Position numbers and translations under genes: made by a program
Part shown: in pieces, positions 43,151 to 58,989 of the stretch
Layout of the letters: the number at the start of each line of letters is the position of its first letter
Numbering within the stretch: the stretch's first letter is position 1
The notes under the pieces: model-generated
Seen by the model: the letters and a program-made list of their open reading frames with translations, nothing else
Databases searched by the model: none
Told to the model about the DNA's origin: nothing
Source of the DNA: Macrostomum lignano
Lineage: Eukaryota
DNA length: 64,000 bases
NCBI GenBank assembly: GCA_002269645.1
Contig: NIVC01000027.1
Coordinates: 372,001-436,000, forward strand
Direction of reading: 5' to 3'

Positions 43151-45610
43151 TTCAATGATACTCATCAGTCTTCAGACTCTTCCATCCATCATTTCATCGT
43201 TCCATTCCATAATTATCTCGAGACTCCTTTATCAATCTCGAGACTTTCCTGCTTTTCTCGAGACGTACGCTTCCCAGAAACTCATCTACCATTCAGTAGA
43301 CATTACTGTCGAGCTTTACTGTCATTTTTTATCTATGGAGGACTAGCATTCTTCTCTCTCTTATAGGAAGGCAACAAAAATGAATATTTTTTAATAAGCT
43401 ACATATGTAGCTTTCGGCATTGTGTTACATACAAGTTTCTTTAGTTTCTTAAGGAAAAAAAGATGTTTGAAAGTCAGCTGCTACGCGAGTATCTACTCGT
43501 AGCAAAAGATATCAGCACCCCCTTTCAGCTTTGACATCAAATCCTAGCTCACTTTCCGCCATGTCTTAACGCTAACTCTCCCTTTGTTCTAATAGTAGGA
43601 AAGTAGGAAAGGCATCAACAATCCAATTAAATTTATGACCGCTAAAACGCTAATTGGGAGCCGCACCTCACGGCTTCACCTCTTGTAGCTCATTTACTCC
43701 ACTATAGCGGGCTCTATGCACTTAACCTCGGTTGAAAGACCAGAGAACCTCATATAGACGTAACGAAGTTTGACATCCTGTCACCGCGTGACCTGAAGTG
43801 CAAATCAGTCGACCAGAAGGATACCTCTTGAACTGTATAAACACTGTCAGTTGCGTGTTACACATACATAAAGCTACTGGCTATATTAGTAAGTTTGCAG
43901 AGGGGGCTGTAGGGGACAGAGACGACAACCAACTCATTATGTGTCACGGCGGTATTCTGGAACGAGCCTTGAAACTAATGTAACGTTTTTTTGGAAAATT
44001 TTAGATAGCTATGTTTTACCAAAAAAGACATTACGGAGATAGGAGGCTTCATTTTTCAACGCTTAAATTTTTATTGCTTTTTAATAGAAGGGAGACCCAA
44101 GTGTTCATCTTTTGTTATTTTTTGCCTTTCTTATATTATAGCTCTATTGATATTCAATTTTATATCCTACGTACAATCGTACATGCACTGTGTTTAAAAT
44201 CATATAAAAATGGCGCGGATCGACTCATTGGTTTTAGGACTCTTTCTTTTTTATTATGCTTTGCCGACAATTATGCTTTGCCGAAATTATAAAAGACGCT
44301 AGTAGAGTCATAAAAAACTATGAGTCGAGCTGTGCCATATTTTATGATTTTTAGGCATATAGGAAATCGCGGGTAAAATATAAGAAGCAGAAGGCGGCTT
44401 TACATCATCCAACCAGGTGTTCTCTACGAGCGTATGCTTGAGCCGTAGGCTATGCACCCCTGCCCCATCTCAGCATTTTGCGCAGCATTGCTCTGACAGT
44501 CACACCAAACTTTTTTTATTCAAAGCATTTAATAAATTCAGGATGCGCAAGAGGGGGCCGGGGACGACGGGGAGAGGGGGGGGGGCTTGTCCGCCCGGCT
44601 TTTTGACCCGCTGTTCCGGCTTGTTACATAAGCTGGCTCTGCATTTTTAGGCGTATAAAATTTTTATTTATTAATGCAAAGCTCCGCCGTAGAGAGAGAG
44701 AGCGAGAGAGAGAAAATGCGGAAAAAAGCGTTAAAGTGTTTGAGCAGACTGGCGGGCGGGGACAGACAGGAAGGCAGAACAAGACAGAGAGGCCTCCCAT
44801 GCCCCCAGGGGGTTATCTGTGGGGGGAGTTGCACTGGATAATGCCCCCACAGTGCTCCGAGACTGAGATGGCGGCAGCGTTACTGCTCAACCGCACCCCC
44901 TTTCTGTTTAGCCCCCAAAACCGTGGAGGACTTGGTCCTAGGAAGTGGACGGGGCGTTAGGTGGCGTTATGAGCTGCTTTGCACTCAAAAGTGCTGCGGG
45001 ATTCCGTAATTCCCTCCCTGTCCCTTTCCCTCTCTCTCTTGCTCTCATTCTTCAACCTAAGCACCCGCACGCTCACGCGGAAGCAGAAAAGGCCTGTGGG
45101 ATCAGGGAGTGAGGTGGGCAATGAGATATAAGCAGAGAGGGGAGCAAGGGAAAGAAATAGTGGGGTGGGGGGCGGGAATCAGGAACAGCTGAGACAAGGC
45201 CTCACCTCAGCTTAGCGCAACAGCAAACGTCTCGCGACACCATAGCACTCGCGGGGGTGGGGATGGCGCGCGTACTTCTCACCCAGCCATGCCACGATTT
45301 TGCTGTTTCGTCAGCCAACCGCGTTTAGTTTCGTTACTCAGCCAATGGTGAAAGCGTAGAGGGCGGGAGTGATTAGCACGCGTTACCGAAGAGAGAGAGA
45401 GAGAAAGAGAGCGAGAATGAAACAATATTAAAATGTCTTCGCCGAAGGAAGCAGCCAGAAAATATCGAAAATCAGTCGCGAGTGAAATCAAAATCACGAG
45501 ATCCTGCAACTAGAAAATTGCATTGGATTTCTCGATACTTCGACTGCATCCTAACCTAGGGGACAGTATCGCTGTGTAAGGGGGGCTGCCAACAACCAAG
45601 CCTGCCAACC

Positions 45611-48600
45611 ATGTCTAGCAGCAATGCCTCTTCATCACCGGAACTTGCTTGCGTTGAGCACCGGAAGTGGCACATCTTTCTGGCGTCCAGCGCGATCGCC
45701 CTGGTAGGCGGCATTCTGACTGTCCTCCTGAGCCGGTTCATCGGCCGCCTAATTCAGCGCCACCGCTCTGGGATCGGCAGCGGGCAGCGAAGCTACGCTC
45801 CGGAGACTGACGAGGACGAGGAGCCTCCGGAGGAGGAGTCGGAGCAGATAGAGATCAGCTGGCTCACTGAAGCCAAGGACTGGGCTGGCGAGCTCATCTC
45901 GGGTCAGACGTCTACGGGTAGGATCCTGGTAGTTCTGGTATTCATCGTGAGCATGGCGTCTCTTGTTGTGTACCAAATTGACACCGTCCGAATGAAAAAC
46001 ACGGAGGAGTGCGTCGCCTGGTCCGAAAGCGTCACGCAGCAGGTGGACCTGGCATTTAACGTCATTTTTCTGGTGTACTTTTTTGTTCGGTTTATAGCCG
46101 CCCAGGATAAACTGTGGTTTTGGTTTGAAATGTACAGCATAGTGGATATTCTAACCATTCCTCCGTCATTTGTTGCCGTCTATCTTGACCAGAACTGGAT
46201 CGGCCTCAGGTCCACCAGAGCCTTGAGAATTCTCAGCCTGCCGGACGTGCTTCAATACTTAAACATTCTAAGAACCAGCACAGGGATTCGGCTGCTACAG
46301 CTGATCACTTTCTTTGCTTCTCTGGTCCTGACCGCGGCAGGTCTCATCCACCTGGTCGAAAACTCTGGCGATCCGCCAAATTTTACCAACAAAAATACCT
46401 TATACGACATGAACTACTTCACCTGCATCTACTTTGTCATTGTCACAATGTCAACCGTTGGCTACGGGACGTGTATTGCACCACGATCTCGGGCAAAATC
46501 GGCTCCGCGCTGGTCATCATGGGCGGCCTGGCCGTGTTCGCCAACTCTATTCCCGAGATTGCGGACATCCTCAGCTCGCGCAACAAGTACGGCGGCCACT
46601 TTCGCAAGGAGGCAGGCAAACAGCACATCGTGCTGTGCGGCCACATCACCTTCGAATCGGTGGCCAACTTTCTTGGCGATTTTCTGCACGAGGATCGCGA
46701 GGATGTCGACGTTCAGATTGTGGTGCTGGACAAGCACGTACCCGACCTGGAGATGCAAGGCCTGTTGAAGCGACATTTCACGCAGGTTCAATTCTTTCAG
46801 GGTTCCGTGATGAACACGAGGGACCTGGCCAGGGTGGGCCTGGAGTCTGCAGATGCCTGTCTGGTGCTGGCCAACAAGTACTGCCCCGACCCGGATGCCG
46901 AGGATGCCGCCAACATCATGCGCGTCATCTCAATTAAAAACTTCTGCGAGCGCATCAAGGTGATCATCCAGCTGATGCAGTACCACAACAAGACCTACCT
47001 GCTCAACATCCCCAGCTGGGACTGGAAGCAAGGCGACGATGCCGTCTGCGTCGCCGAGCTGAAGCTAGGCTTCCTGGCTCAGAGCTGCATGGCGTTCGGC
47101 TTCTCCACCCTGTTGGCGAATCTGTTTACCATGCGCAGCTACCGTGAAGGGAAAAGCATCCCCAGATGGCTCAACAACTATTTGCAGGGGGCGGGCATGG
47201 AAATGTACACCGAGTTTCTATCGCCAGCTTTTGATGGTCTGAGTTTCCCTGCGGCAGCGGAGGTGTGCTTCAGCAAGCTGCACCTCCTGTTGATTGCCAT
47301 TGAAGGCGAGACTGGCATCGCCATCAACCCGAAGGAGGGCATCAAAGTAGAGGCAGGCACTCAGGGGTTCTTCGTTGCCCAGTCGGCCGAAGAGGTGAAG
47401 AAGGCCTACTTCTACTGCAGCCGATGCCACAGCGACGTTGCAGACCCAGAGCTGGTGAAGCGATGCCGCTGCAGGCAGAGCAACCCGAAGCATTCGGCCG
47501 GCAAGACTGTGATTCGCAATCGGCACAGCAAGGACAGCTCGGCGAACCTGACAACAACACCGGCTGGCAATGGTGGCAGTGGAAACCCCAGCGGAAACGG
47601 CGGCAGCGCCAGCAGCAGCGGCGTCGGCGGCACCTCAGTTCCAGCGAGCACCGAACTCAACGCCGGCAGCCGCAGACCGTCACTTCTCTCTCCTAACGAA
47701 GCCAAAATACTCGGGCAGCAGTCCGAGCGACGGTTCGACTCGACAGGCATGTTCCACTGGTGCCAAGAGACCTCATTTGAAGAGCTAGTACTGAGCCGGG
47801 AGCAGGTGAATTTAACAGTTTTCAGCAACCATATCGTTGTGTGCGTGTTCGCAGACTCATCAAGTCCTTTAATTGGCCTCAGAAGCTTCGTAATGCCTCT
47901 GAGGGCCAGCAACTTTCATTATAGCGAGCTGCGTCACATCATATTTGTCGGCAACATGGAGTACCTGAGGCGCGAGTGGAAGACCTTGATAAACTTTCCC
48001 AAGCTGAGCTTCTTTCCGGGCTCCCCGCTAAACCGTTCCAACCTTAGAGCGGTGAACATCAACCTTGCTCAAATGTGCGTCGTGCTCAGCTCTAAGCAGA
48101 ACTCTGGAATGGGCGACGATGCAACTCTTGTCGACAAGGAGGCGATCTTGTGCTCCCTGAACATCAAGGCCATGGCCTTCGACACGCCGCCTGTCGAACA
48201 GGGCTCGGGCTCGAATCGTCTCAACAACATTTGCATCCTCACCGAGTTGGCGGTCGATGCAAACGTCCAATTCCTGGAGCAGGACGACGATGACGATCCG
48301 GACACAGAGCTGTACATGACGCAGCCGTTCGCCTGCGGCACCTCGTTTGCTGTGAGTGTGCTGGACTCCCTGATGAGCACCGCGTATTTCAACGAGAACG
48401 CGCTGACCCTCATCCGGACTTTGGTGACCGGCGGCGCCACTCCTGAGCTGGAGCAGATTCTCGCCGAGGGTGCCGGCATCCGAGGCGGCTTCTGCAGTCC
48501 GGAAACGCTGCGCAGGCGAGATCGAGCTCGTGTCGCCCAGCTGCCAGTCAGCGACGAGCGACTCCGCCAGTACAGCCAGGGCGACTTCTCCAAGCTGTTC

Positions 48601-48786
48601 TTGGGCGCTCTGCACCGGCACGGGATTCTGTGCATCGGCCTGTACCGCTTCATCACCCCGCCAGAGGAGGGCGAGCAGACTCTCATCGCCCGGTACGTCA
48701 TCACCAACCCAGCGCCCGACTTCCCCATGCTGGCATCGGACATTGTGTTCTGTCTGGTCCGCTACTCAGCTGACGAGTCGCGCTAG
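45611..48786 (+). CDS. slo: Slowpoke / BK calcium-activated potassium channel alpha subunit, intronless, one frameshift
   Basis: S0-S6, TMSTVGYGD pore, RCK1, Ca bowl [27 protein letters not shown] instead of GGGG at 46466-46468; correcting it gives 1058 aa. Confidence 0.97.
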
Positions 48787-49463
48787 GCATAGTTCCCATC
48801 AGGTGTTTAATTCCGCTAAGGTAAGGCTTGTCGCTAAAATTAATTTCAAGTAGATTGCTGAGAAATCTGAGCCCGAGTGAAGCTGTCAATTGGCAGACAG
48901 AAAGACAAGCGGTTATGAGCCAAGTATTTGTTACTGAATTCACAACAGATCGATAAACAGGGAATCTAATGCTTGGATTAATATATTCTATTTTAAAAAA
49001 ATTATTCAAATAACCATTTAATTACGAGCGTAGAATGCCAATGATCGGATGCAATTTCAAATAGAATCAGTACAAAGGAACCCATCGACTTGCAAATTGT
49101 CAAACCCGACTTTGAAACCCGCTCAGACGCAAACCATCAAAGGTCGATCTATTTTTAGCTGAGCTTTTTAGATTTTTTATTAAGATTCTGATGGGCACTA
49201 AAGAAAACTTAGCTATTCGAAGCATTATCTGAAGACCCTCTGTAGCCTCACTTACCTCGGCGTCCGTATGGAGCTTCCCGAAACCCAACCAACTCAATTC
49301 TGCAGCTCCCAGTTGGACACAAGAGCCACATGTCACCGTCGGGACTCTGATGGGAAAGCAAAGCCGCCCGCGAATTCGAACTAAAGACGTCTAATTTACC
49401 AGAGGTTCGGACTTTTCGTTTTCATGCCCTGCTTGTCAGTAAGGACGTAGGCCCAGTTGTAGT

Positions 49464-49706
49464 AAAAGGACGCTATAAACTCATAAAGCGTGCAAACTTT
49501 GCTGCAGTCCAGACGCGCCTTTTTCCGCTACAAAAAATGCATTAGTAAGATATTTCAGCGCTACAAGCGTAAATTCTGGACTACCGAATTTCAAATATTG
49601 AAAAAAAGTTTGAAAAAAATATTACTAAAGAGCAAAAGAAGTTCAAAATTTTGGCAAAATATTTTGTTTTCTTTGTAAACAACTTTTGCGAGTATGGCGT
49701 CCTTTT
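49464..49706. mobile_element. Possible MITE
   Basis: AAAAGGACGCTATA at the left and TATGGCGTCCTTTT at the right form short inverted ends. Confidence 0.35.
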
Positions 49707-50405
49707 GCTTCACCTGTCCATGATGTAGTATACGATATTTATTGTTATATTAAAAATACATCGAAATTTGTAATGAATTTATTCTGTACACGTTTTTTTC
49801 AATTTTTACTTTAGAAGTAACTCTATGCTGTTATTTTTTCCAATGATTTTTTGAATTTTGTGTGTACTCCCACATTTTTCTATTTAGCGCTCAGTTCAAT
49901 TGGATCACAGAATGTTTTTATAATTGAAAAAGTACTCGTACATGCGCGATTGCGTAATCACAGGGTGCATTGTTAAACAAATCAACCATTCAGAAGTACC
50001 AATTTAAAACGATTTTTATCACAAAAAGCAGTCCGTTTGACCTCTTTTCAAATGCGTAATTTGGATAGGAAATATTGCAAGCTTGATGCTTGATAATATG
50101 ATTGATTTTACTTTCTTAACATAACCCACTGCTCTAAGGCGTATTGTGTCAGTTAATTTGCTATTGCCACTGCGAAGATTTCTTGTCCTATCATGATTGT
50201 GCGCGTTGCTATCAGCTTTTGCAATTAACTTCTGTCCAGAAATTCTATTTTTGTCAAGTTACTAGTCTGCTTTTCTAAGTTTCGTGTGCAAGAAAGCTTT
50301 GAATTTGCTACTCATTATAACAAAATTGTAATTAGTTTAAATATAGTACATTGATTACGAGCTACTTATCCTAGTTTTAATCCAATAGTCATTTAGTCAG
50401 CTCGG

Positions 50406-50845
<440 letters not shown>

Positions 50846-51139
50846 CTCCCAATCAGTTAGAGCTTGTTTCCTTAGTGAAATGCACTCTATTTGTCAGAGG
50901 CACTAATACTCGTAAAACTTTGATCGGGACTACTGAAGCGGCTAGTTCTCACGGATCAATACGATTAAAAGGCATATTTCTTAGGTCATTCCTAATTATT
51001 GGAATTGAATGCAGCTTGGGTTGATCAAAGACTTTTTTGCAACTCTCGGCTTGTCGCTGCAGATTCAGAGGCTCATGTCAGGTGGGAAGTACAGGGAAGG
51101 AATATTGGGACGGTTAACAGTGGGGAGGGATACAAAGAG

Positions 51140-52600
51140 GTAGAGAGACGGGGAAGAGTAGAAGAGACAGGGGAGAGGTAGAGAGACAGGGGAGAGGTAG
51201 AGAGAAAGAGGAGAGGTAGAAAGACGTGGGACAGATAGAGAGACAGGGAGGGGTAGAGAGACAAGGGAGAGGTAGATAGACAGGGGAGAGGTAGAGACAC
51301 AGGGGAGAGGTAGAGAGACAGGGGAGAGGTAGAGAGATAGGGGAGAGGTAGAGAGACAGGGGAGAGGTAGAGAGATAGGGGAGAGGTAGAGACACAAGAG
51401 AGGTAGGGAGACAAGGGAGAGGTAGGGAGACGATGGAGAGATAGAGAGACACGGGAGAGGTAGAGAGACAGGGGAGAGGTAGGGAAACAGGGGAGAGGTA
51501 GAGACACAAGAGAGGTAGGGAGACAAGGCAGAGGTAGGGAGACGATGGAGAGGTAGGGAGACGATGGAGAGGTAGGGAGACAAGGGAGAGGTAGGGAGAC
51601 AAGGGAGAGGTAGGGAGACGATGGAGAGGTAGGGAGACAAGGGAGAGGTAGGGAGACGATGGAGAGGTAGGGAGACGATGGAGAGGTAGGGAGACAAGGG
51701 AGAGGTAGGGAGACAAGGGAGAGGTAGGGAGACGATGGAGAGGTAGGGAGACGATGGAGAGGTAGGGAGACGATGGAGAGGTAGGGAGACACGGGAGAGG
51801 TAGGGAGACAGAGGAGAGGTAGGGAGACAGGGGAGAGGTAGGGAGACAGGGGAGAGGTAGGGAAACAGGGGAGAGGTAGGGAAACGGGGGAGAGGTAGAG
51901 ACACAAGAGAGGTAGGGAGACAAGGGAGAGGTAGGGAAACAGGGGAGAGGTAGGGAAACAGGGGAGAGGTAGAGACACAAGAGAGGTAGGGAGACAGGGG
52001 AGAGGTAGGGAAACAGGGGAGAGGTAGGGAAACAGGGGAGAGGTAGGGAAACAGGGGAGAGGTAGAGACACAAGAGAGGTAGGGAGACAGGGGAGAGGTA
52101 GAGACACAAGAGAGGTAGGGAGACAAGGGAGAGGTAGGGAGACGATGGAGAGGTAGGGAGACAAGGGAGAGGTAGGGAGACAAGGGAGAGGTAGGGAGAC
52201 GATGGAGAGGTAGGGAGACAGGGGAGAGGTAGAGAGACAGAGGAGAGGTAGAGATACAGGTGAGAGATAGAGAGACACGGGAGAGGTAGGGAGACAGGGG
52301 AGAGGTAGAGAGACAGGGGAGAGGTAGAGAGACAGGGGAGAGGTAGGGAAACAGGGGACAGGTAGAGACACAAGAGAGGTAGGGAGGCAGGGGAGAGGTA
52401 GAGACAGGGGAGAGGTAGAGAGGCAGGGGAGAGGTAGAGAGACAGGAGAGGTAGGGAAACAGGGGACAGGTAGAGACACAAGAGAGGTAGGGAGGCAGGG
52501 GAGAGGTAGAGACAGGGGAGAGGTAGAGAGGCAGGGGAGAGGTAGAGAGACAGGAGAGGTAGGGAAACAGAGGGAGCGGCAGATAGACAGGGGCAGGTAG
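51140..52600. repeat. Purine-rich ~20-bp degenerate minisatellite (GGAGAGGTAGGGAGACAGG)
   Basis: Direct. Confidence 0.95.
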
Positions 52601-53059
52601 AGAGTTATCTTCAGCTTTTGTGTAAAAATATCTCGATGCTGAAATTCAGCTTTTTTGTCGTTGCTTGTCTGTAAAACCTGAAATTTCAATAGGAAATTAA
52701 TATTTATGACGCGAAAAAATACAAAACTTATTGATATAAAATTCTGGCCATAGTTGTGGCTGCCGACAGAGCTTACCTGTCTGTGAGAAGTACAAGGGGA
52801 GAATTAAAAGATATGTTTAAGATACTTCTACGCTCCTATAATACTTAGAGGGAAAATATTTGTTTTTAGATGCTTTGTTTTCTAGATATTCACTTCAAGA
52901 CAAGGAGAGGGGGGGAGACAGAGACGATGACAGAGAGAGGAGAGGGAGAGATAGGAAGGGAGAGCGAGAGAGAGGTAGGGATCGGAGAGGTAAAGAGAAG
53001 GGAGCGAAAGGAGAGGGAGAAAGATGGTAAGCGAGAAAAAAGGGAGAGGGTGAGAAGGG

Positions 53060-53735
53060 GAGAGTGAGAGAGAGATAAGGAGGGAAACGGTGAGAGGGAG
53101 AGTGAGAGAGAGATAAGGAGGGAAACGGTGAGAGGGGAGAGTGAGAGAGAGATAAGGAGGGAAACGGTGAGAGGGGAGAGCGAGAGAGAGATAAGGAGGG
53201 AAACGGTGAGAGGGGAGAGTGAGAGAGAGAGATAAGGAGGGAAACGGTGAGAGGGGAGAGTGAGAGAGATAAGGAGGGAAACGGTGAGAGGGGAAGAGTG
53301 AGAGAGAGATAAGGAGGGAAACGGTGAGAGGGGAGAGTGAGAGAGAGATAAGGAGGGAAACGGTGAGAGGGGAGAGTGAGAGAGATAAGGAGGGAAACGG
53401 TGAGAGGGGAGAGTGAGAGAGAGATAAGGAGGGAAACGGTGAGAGGGGAGAGCGAGAGAGAGATAAGGAGGGAAACGGTGAGAGGGGAGAGTGAGAGAGA
53501 TAAGGAGGGAAACGGTGAGAGGGGAGAGTGAGAGAGAGATAAGGAGGGAAACAGTGAGAGGGGAGAGCGAGAGAGAGATAAGGAGGGAAACGGTGAGAGG
53601 GGAGAGTGAGAGAGAGATAAGGAGGGAAACGGTGAGAGGGGAAAGTGAGAGAGAGATAAGGAGGGAAACGGTGAGAGGGGGAGAGTGAGAGAGATAAGGA
53701 GGGAAACGGTGAGAGGGGAGAGCGAGAGAGAGATA
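53060..53735. repeat. Purine-rich 37-41-bp minisatellite (GAGAGATAAGGAGGGAAACGGTGAGAGGGGAGAGT)
   Basis: Direct. Confidence 0.95.
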
Positions 53736-54356
53736 CGGAGGGAGAGGGATAATATGGTTAAGAACGTGAAAGGAACCGGAGCCACAGAAAATGAGATCGA
53801 AGTGCAATTGAGGGAGAACAGAGATAAAAGAGGAGGCAGGCAGGGATGCGCAGACCGACAAGAGCCTCCTCGGCTTAAGTGCACTGCAAGGTTACTGCCG
53901 TGCCATGCATATTTGAGGCAGATGAAACAGCTTGGCAGTGGGAGACAAGCCAGTGTAAAAAGTAACCTGACACGGATTGCATAAAGAGACAAACCTAAAA
54001 CTGGCATTACAAAAATGAATAAGAGCACGAGTCTGCAGACTGGGGCTTGGGACTAAAATAAAACTGAGTCGATCAGGCGCAACATCAAACCCAGCTCAGC
54101 AATTAGCAAACGGAAGACACAGGAGCACTTTCGGAAGCAGACAAGGGTGGGGCTTGCTTCTCTGGTCGCGAATAGTTAACAACAGTAATTGCAAAGGCGA
54201 GGACGTCCTGGTGGGTTGTGCGCACTCCTGTTCCACCGCTCTTGGGTTGGTCCTGCGACGAGAGCTGAGTCAAGGTGGGTGGTTAATTACTGCCTTGTCA
54301 CGTGCTTAGGATAATTGCAGTGGGGGCCAAGTGTTACTAAACTGGTTGCAGTCAGT

Positions 54357-54566
<210 letters not shown>

Positions 54567-54589
54567 AGGCGAAAAGAAACCAGACACAG

Positions 54590-57430
<2,841 letters not shown>

Positions 57431-57696
57431 ATTAAATGCATTCTGCTTTTCCTTTAAACAGCTGTTTTTTGTCTTGCCTTCGCATAAAAAAGACTGGAAA
57501 ACACAGTATTACCTACTAGACCTATTATTAATAAGAGAAATTGTCTGGCGAAGTCCCAAAAGTGCTACCATGTGGAGGCTCAATACAAGGGTAAGTGTAG
57601 AATGGCTTAGACAAAAACACAACATTTTTACGCGGATTGTTAATCCAACAGTTAATCCACAAGCCATCAGGCCGTCAGTCTTGTCACATGATTGAA

Positions 57697-58258
57697 AACT
57701 TTTGGAACTCTTCTCTGTTCATTTACTGGGTCACGTGATCTTACACTTTTGGAACTCTTCTCTGTTTATTTACTTGGTCACGTGATTTTAAAATTTTGGA
57801 GCTTTTCTCCGTCTATTTACTCGGTCACGTGATCTTAAAACTTTGGAACTTTTATCCGTTCATTTACTTGGTCCCGTGATTTTTAAACTTTGGAGCTTTT
57901 CTCTGTTTATTTACTTGGTCACGTGATCTTAAAACTTTGGAACTCTTCTCTGTTTATTTACTGGGTCACGTGATCTTAAAACTTTGGAACTCTTCTCTGT
58001 TTATTTACTTGGTCACGTGATCTTAAAACTTTGGAACTCTTCTCTGTTTATTTACTTGGTCACGTGATCTTAAAACTTTGGAACTCTTCTCTGTTTATTT
58101 ACTGGGTCACGTGATCTTAAAACTTTGGAACTCTTCTCTGTTTATTTACTTGGTCACGTGATCTTAAAACTTTGGAACTCTTATCCGTTCATTTACTTGG
58201 TCCCGTGATTTTTAAACTTTGGAGCTTTTCTCTGTTTATTTACTTGGTCACGTGATTT
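57697..58258. repeat. 47-bp tandem repeat x~12 carrying TCACGTGA
   Basis: CACGTG at 57920, 57967, 58014 and onward. Confidence 0.95.
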
Positions 58259-58989
58259 CCGATTTAGAATGTTAATCGATAATACATTTTGCCACGTGAC
58301 AGGCCAAGAACTTTTTATTGGCGATCCTTTTGAATAGCAAAAAGTAATATTTCATGTAAAATTTACGTTAAAATACTTGCAAAAATCGTTTTTTCTGTCT
58401 CAACAGTAGAAAAGGAGAATTTGCAGTCTGCATGCGTGACTGTAGCTGAGGTACCTATAGGGAGCAGATGCTGCCCTGCCGTGCCGCAGAACAGCTCAGC
58501 AAAAATCTGAACATTGTTATTTTCAACAGAGAGGAAGTAATAAAATGCAACCCCCCCCCCCCCTACCCCCAAGGAGAGGTAAGACAGGAAAGGATTATAG
58601 TTAATGCTTCCCACTTGAAGAATTTGCAACAACCCCAGGCAGGCAACACCAGGAGGACCCTGATTCTTTTTAATCCGCTCCGCGGGAGCTCAAAACCAAC
58701 TATGGGTAGAGCAGAGACTCAGACTACATGCTGTGCAAAAAAATTTTATCAATATGAGCGCCAAATTCGTTGTTCCTCGGGGCAGCTGGAGACGGCGGCA
58801 GCTGACTGCCTTCATTGCGACCGGCTCGTTGGTGAGGAGGTTTCTGCGCGTTTATCCAGCAGGATTGATGTTGAACATTCACAGAGTTGGATGAGTCAGG
58901 CGAAGGAAGAGAAGGTTGAGAAAGGCTATAGAGTTCAGAAGCTTGGGTTTGGTCTTAAGGATTCGATACTTAAATTGAGATTTTTCACC

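Noticed and set aside
45611-48786. slo as two genes or a pseudogene
   Set aside because: A single missing G in a G-run at the GYGD filter, with all other motifs intact, is more likely an assembly error.
51065-54028. Long ORFs of 323-538 aa (S/L/P-rich)
   Set aside because: Stop-free translations of purine-rich minisatellites with no coding signal.
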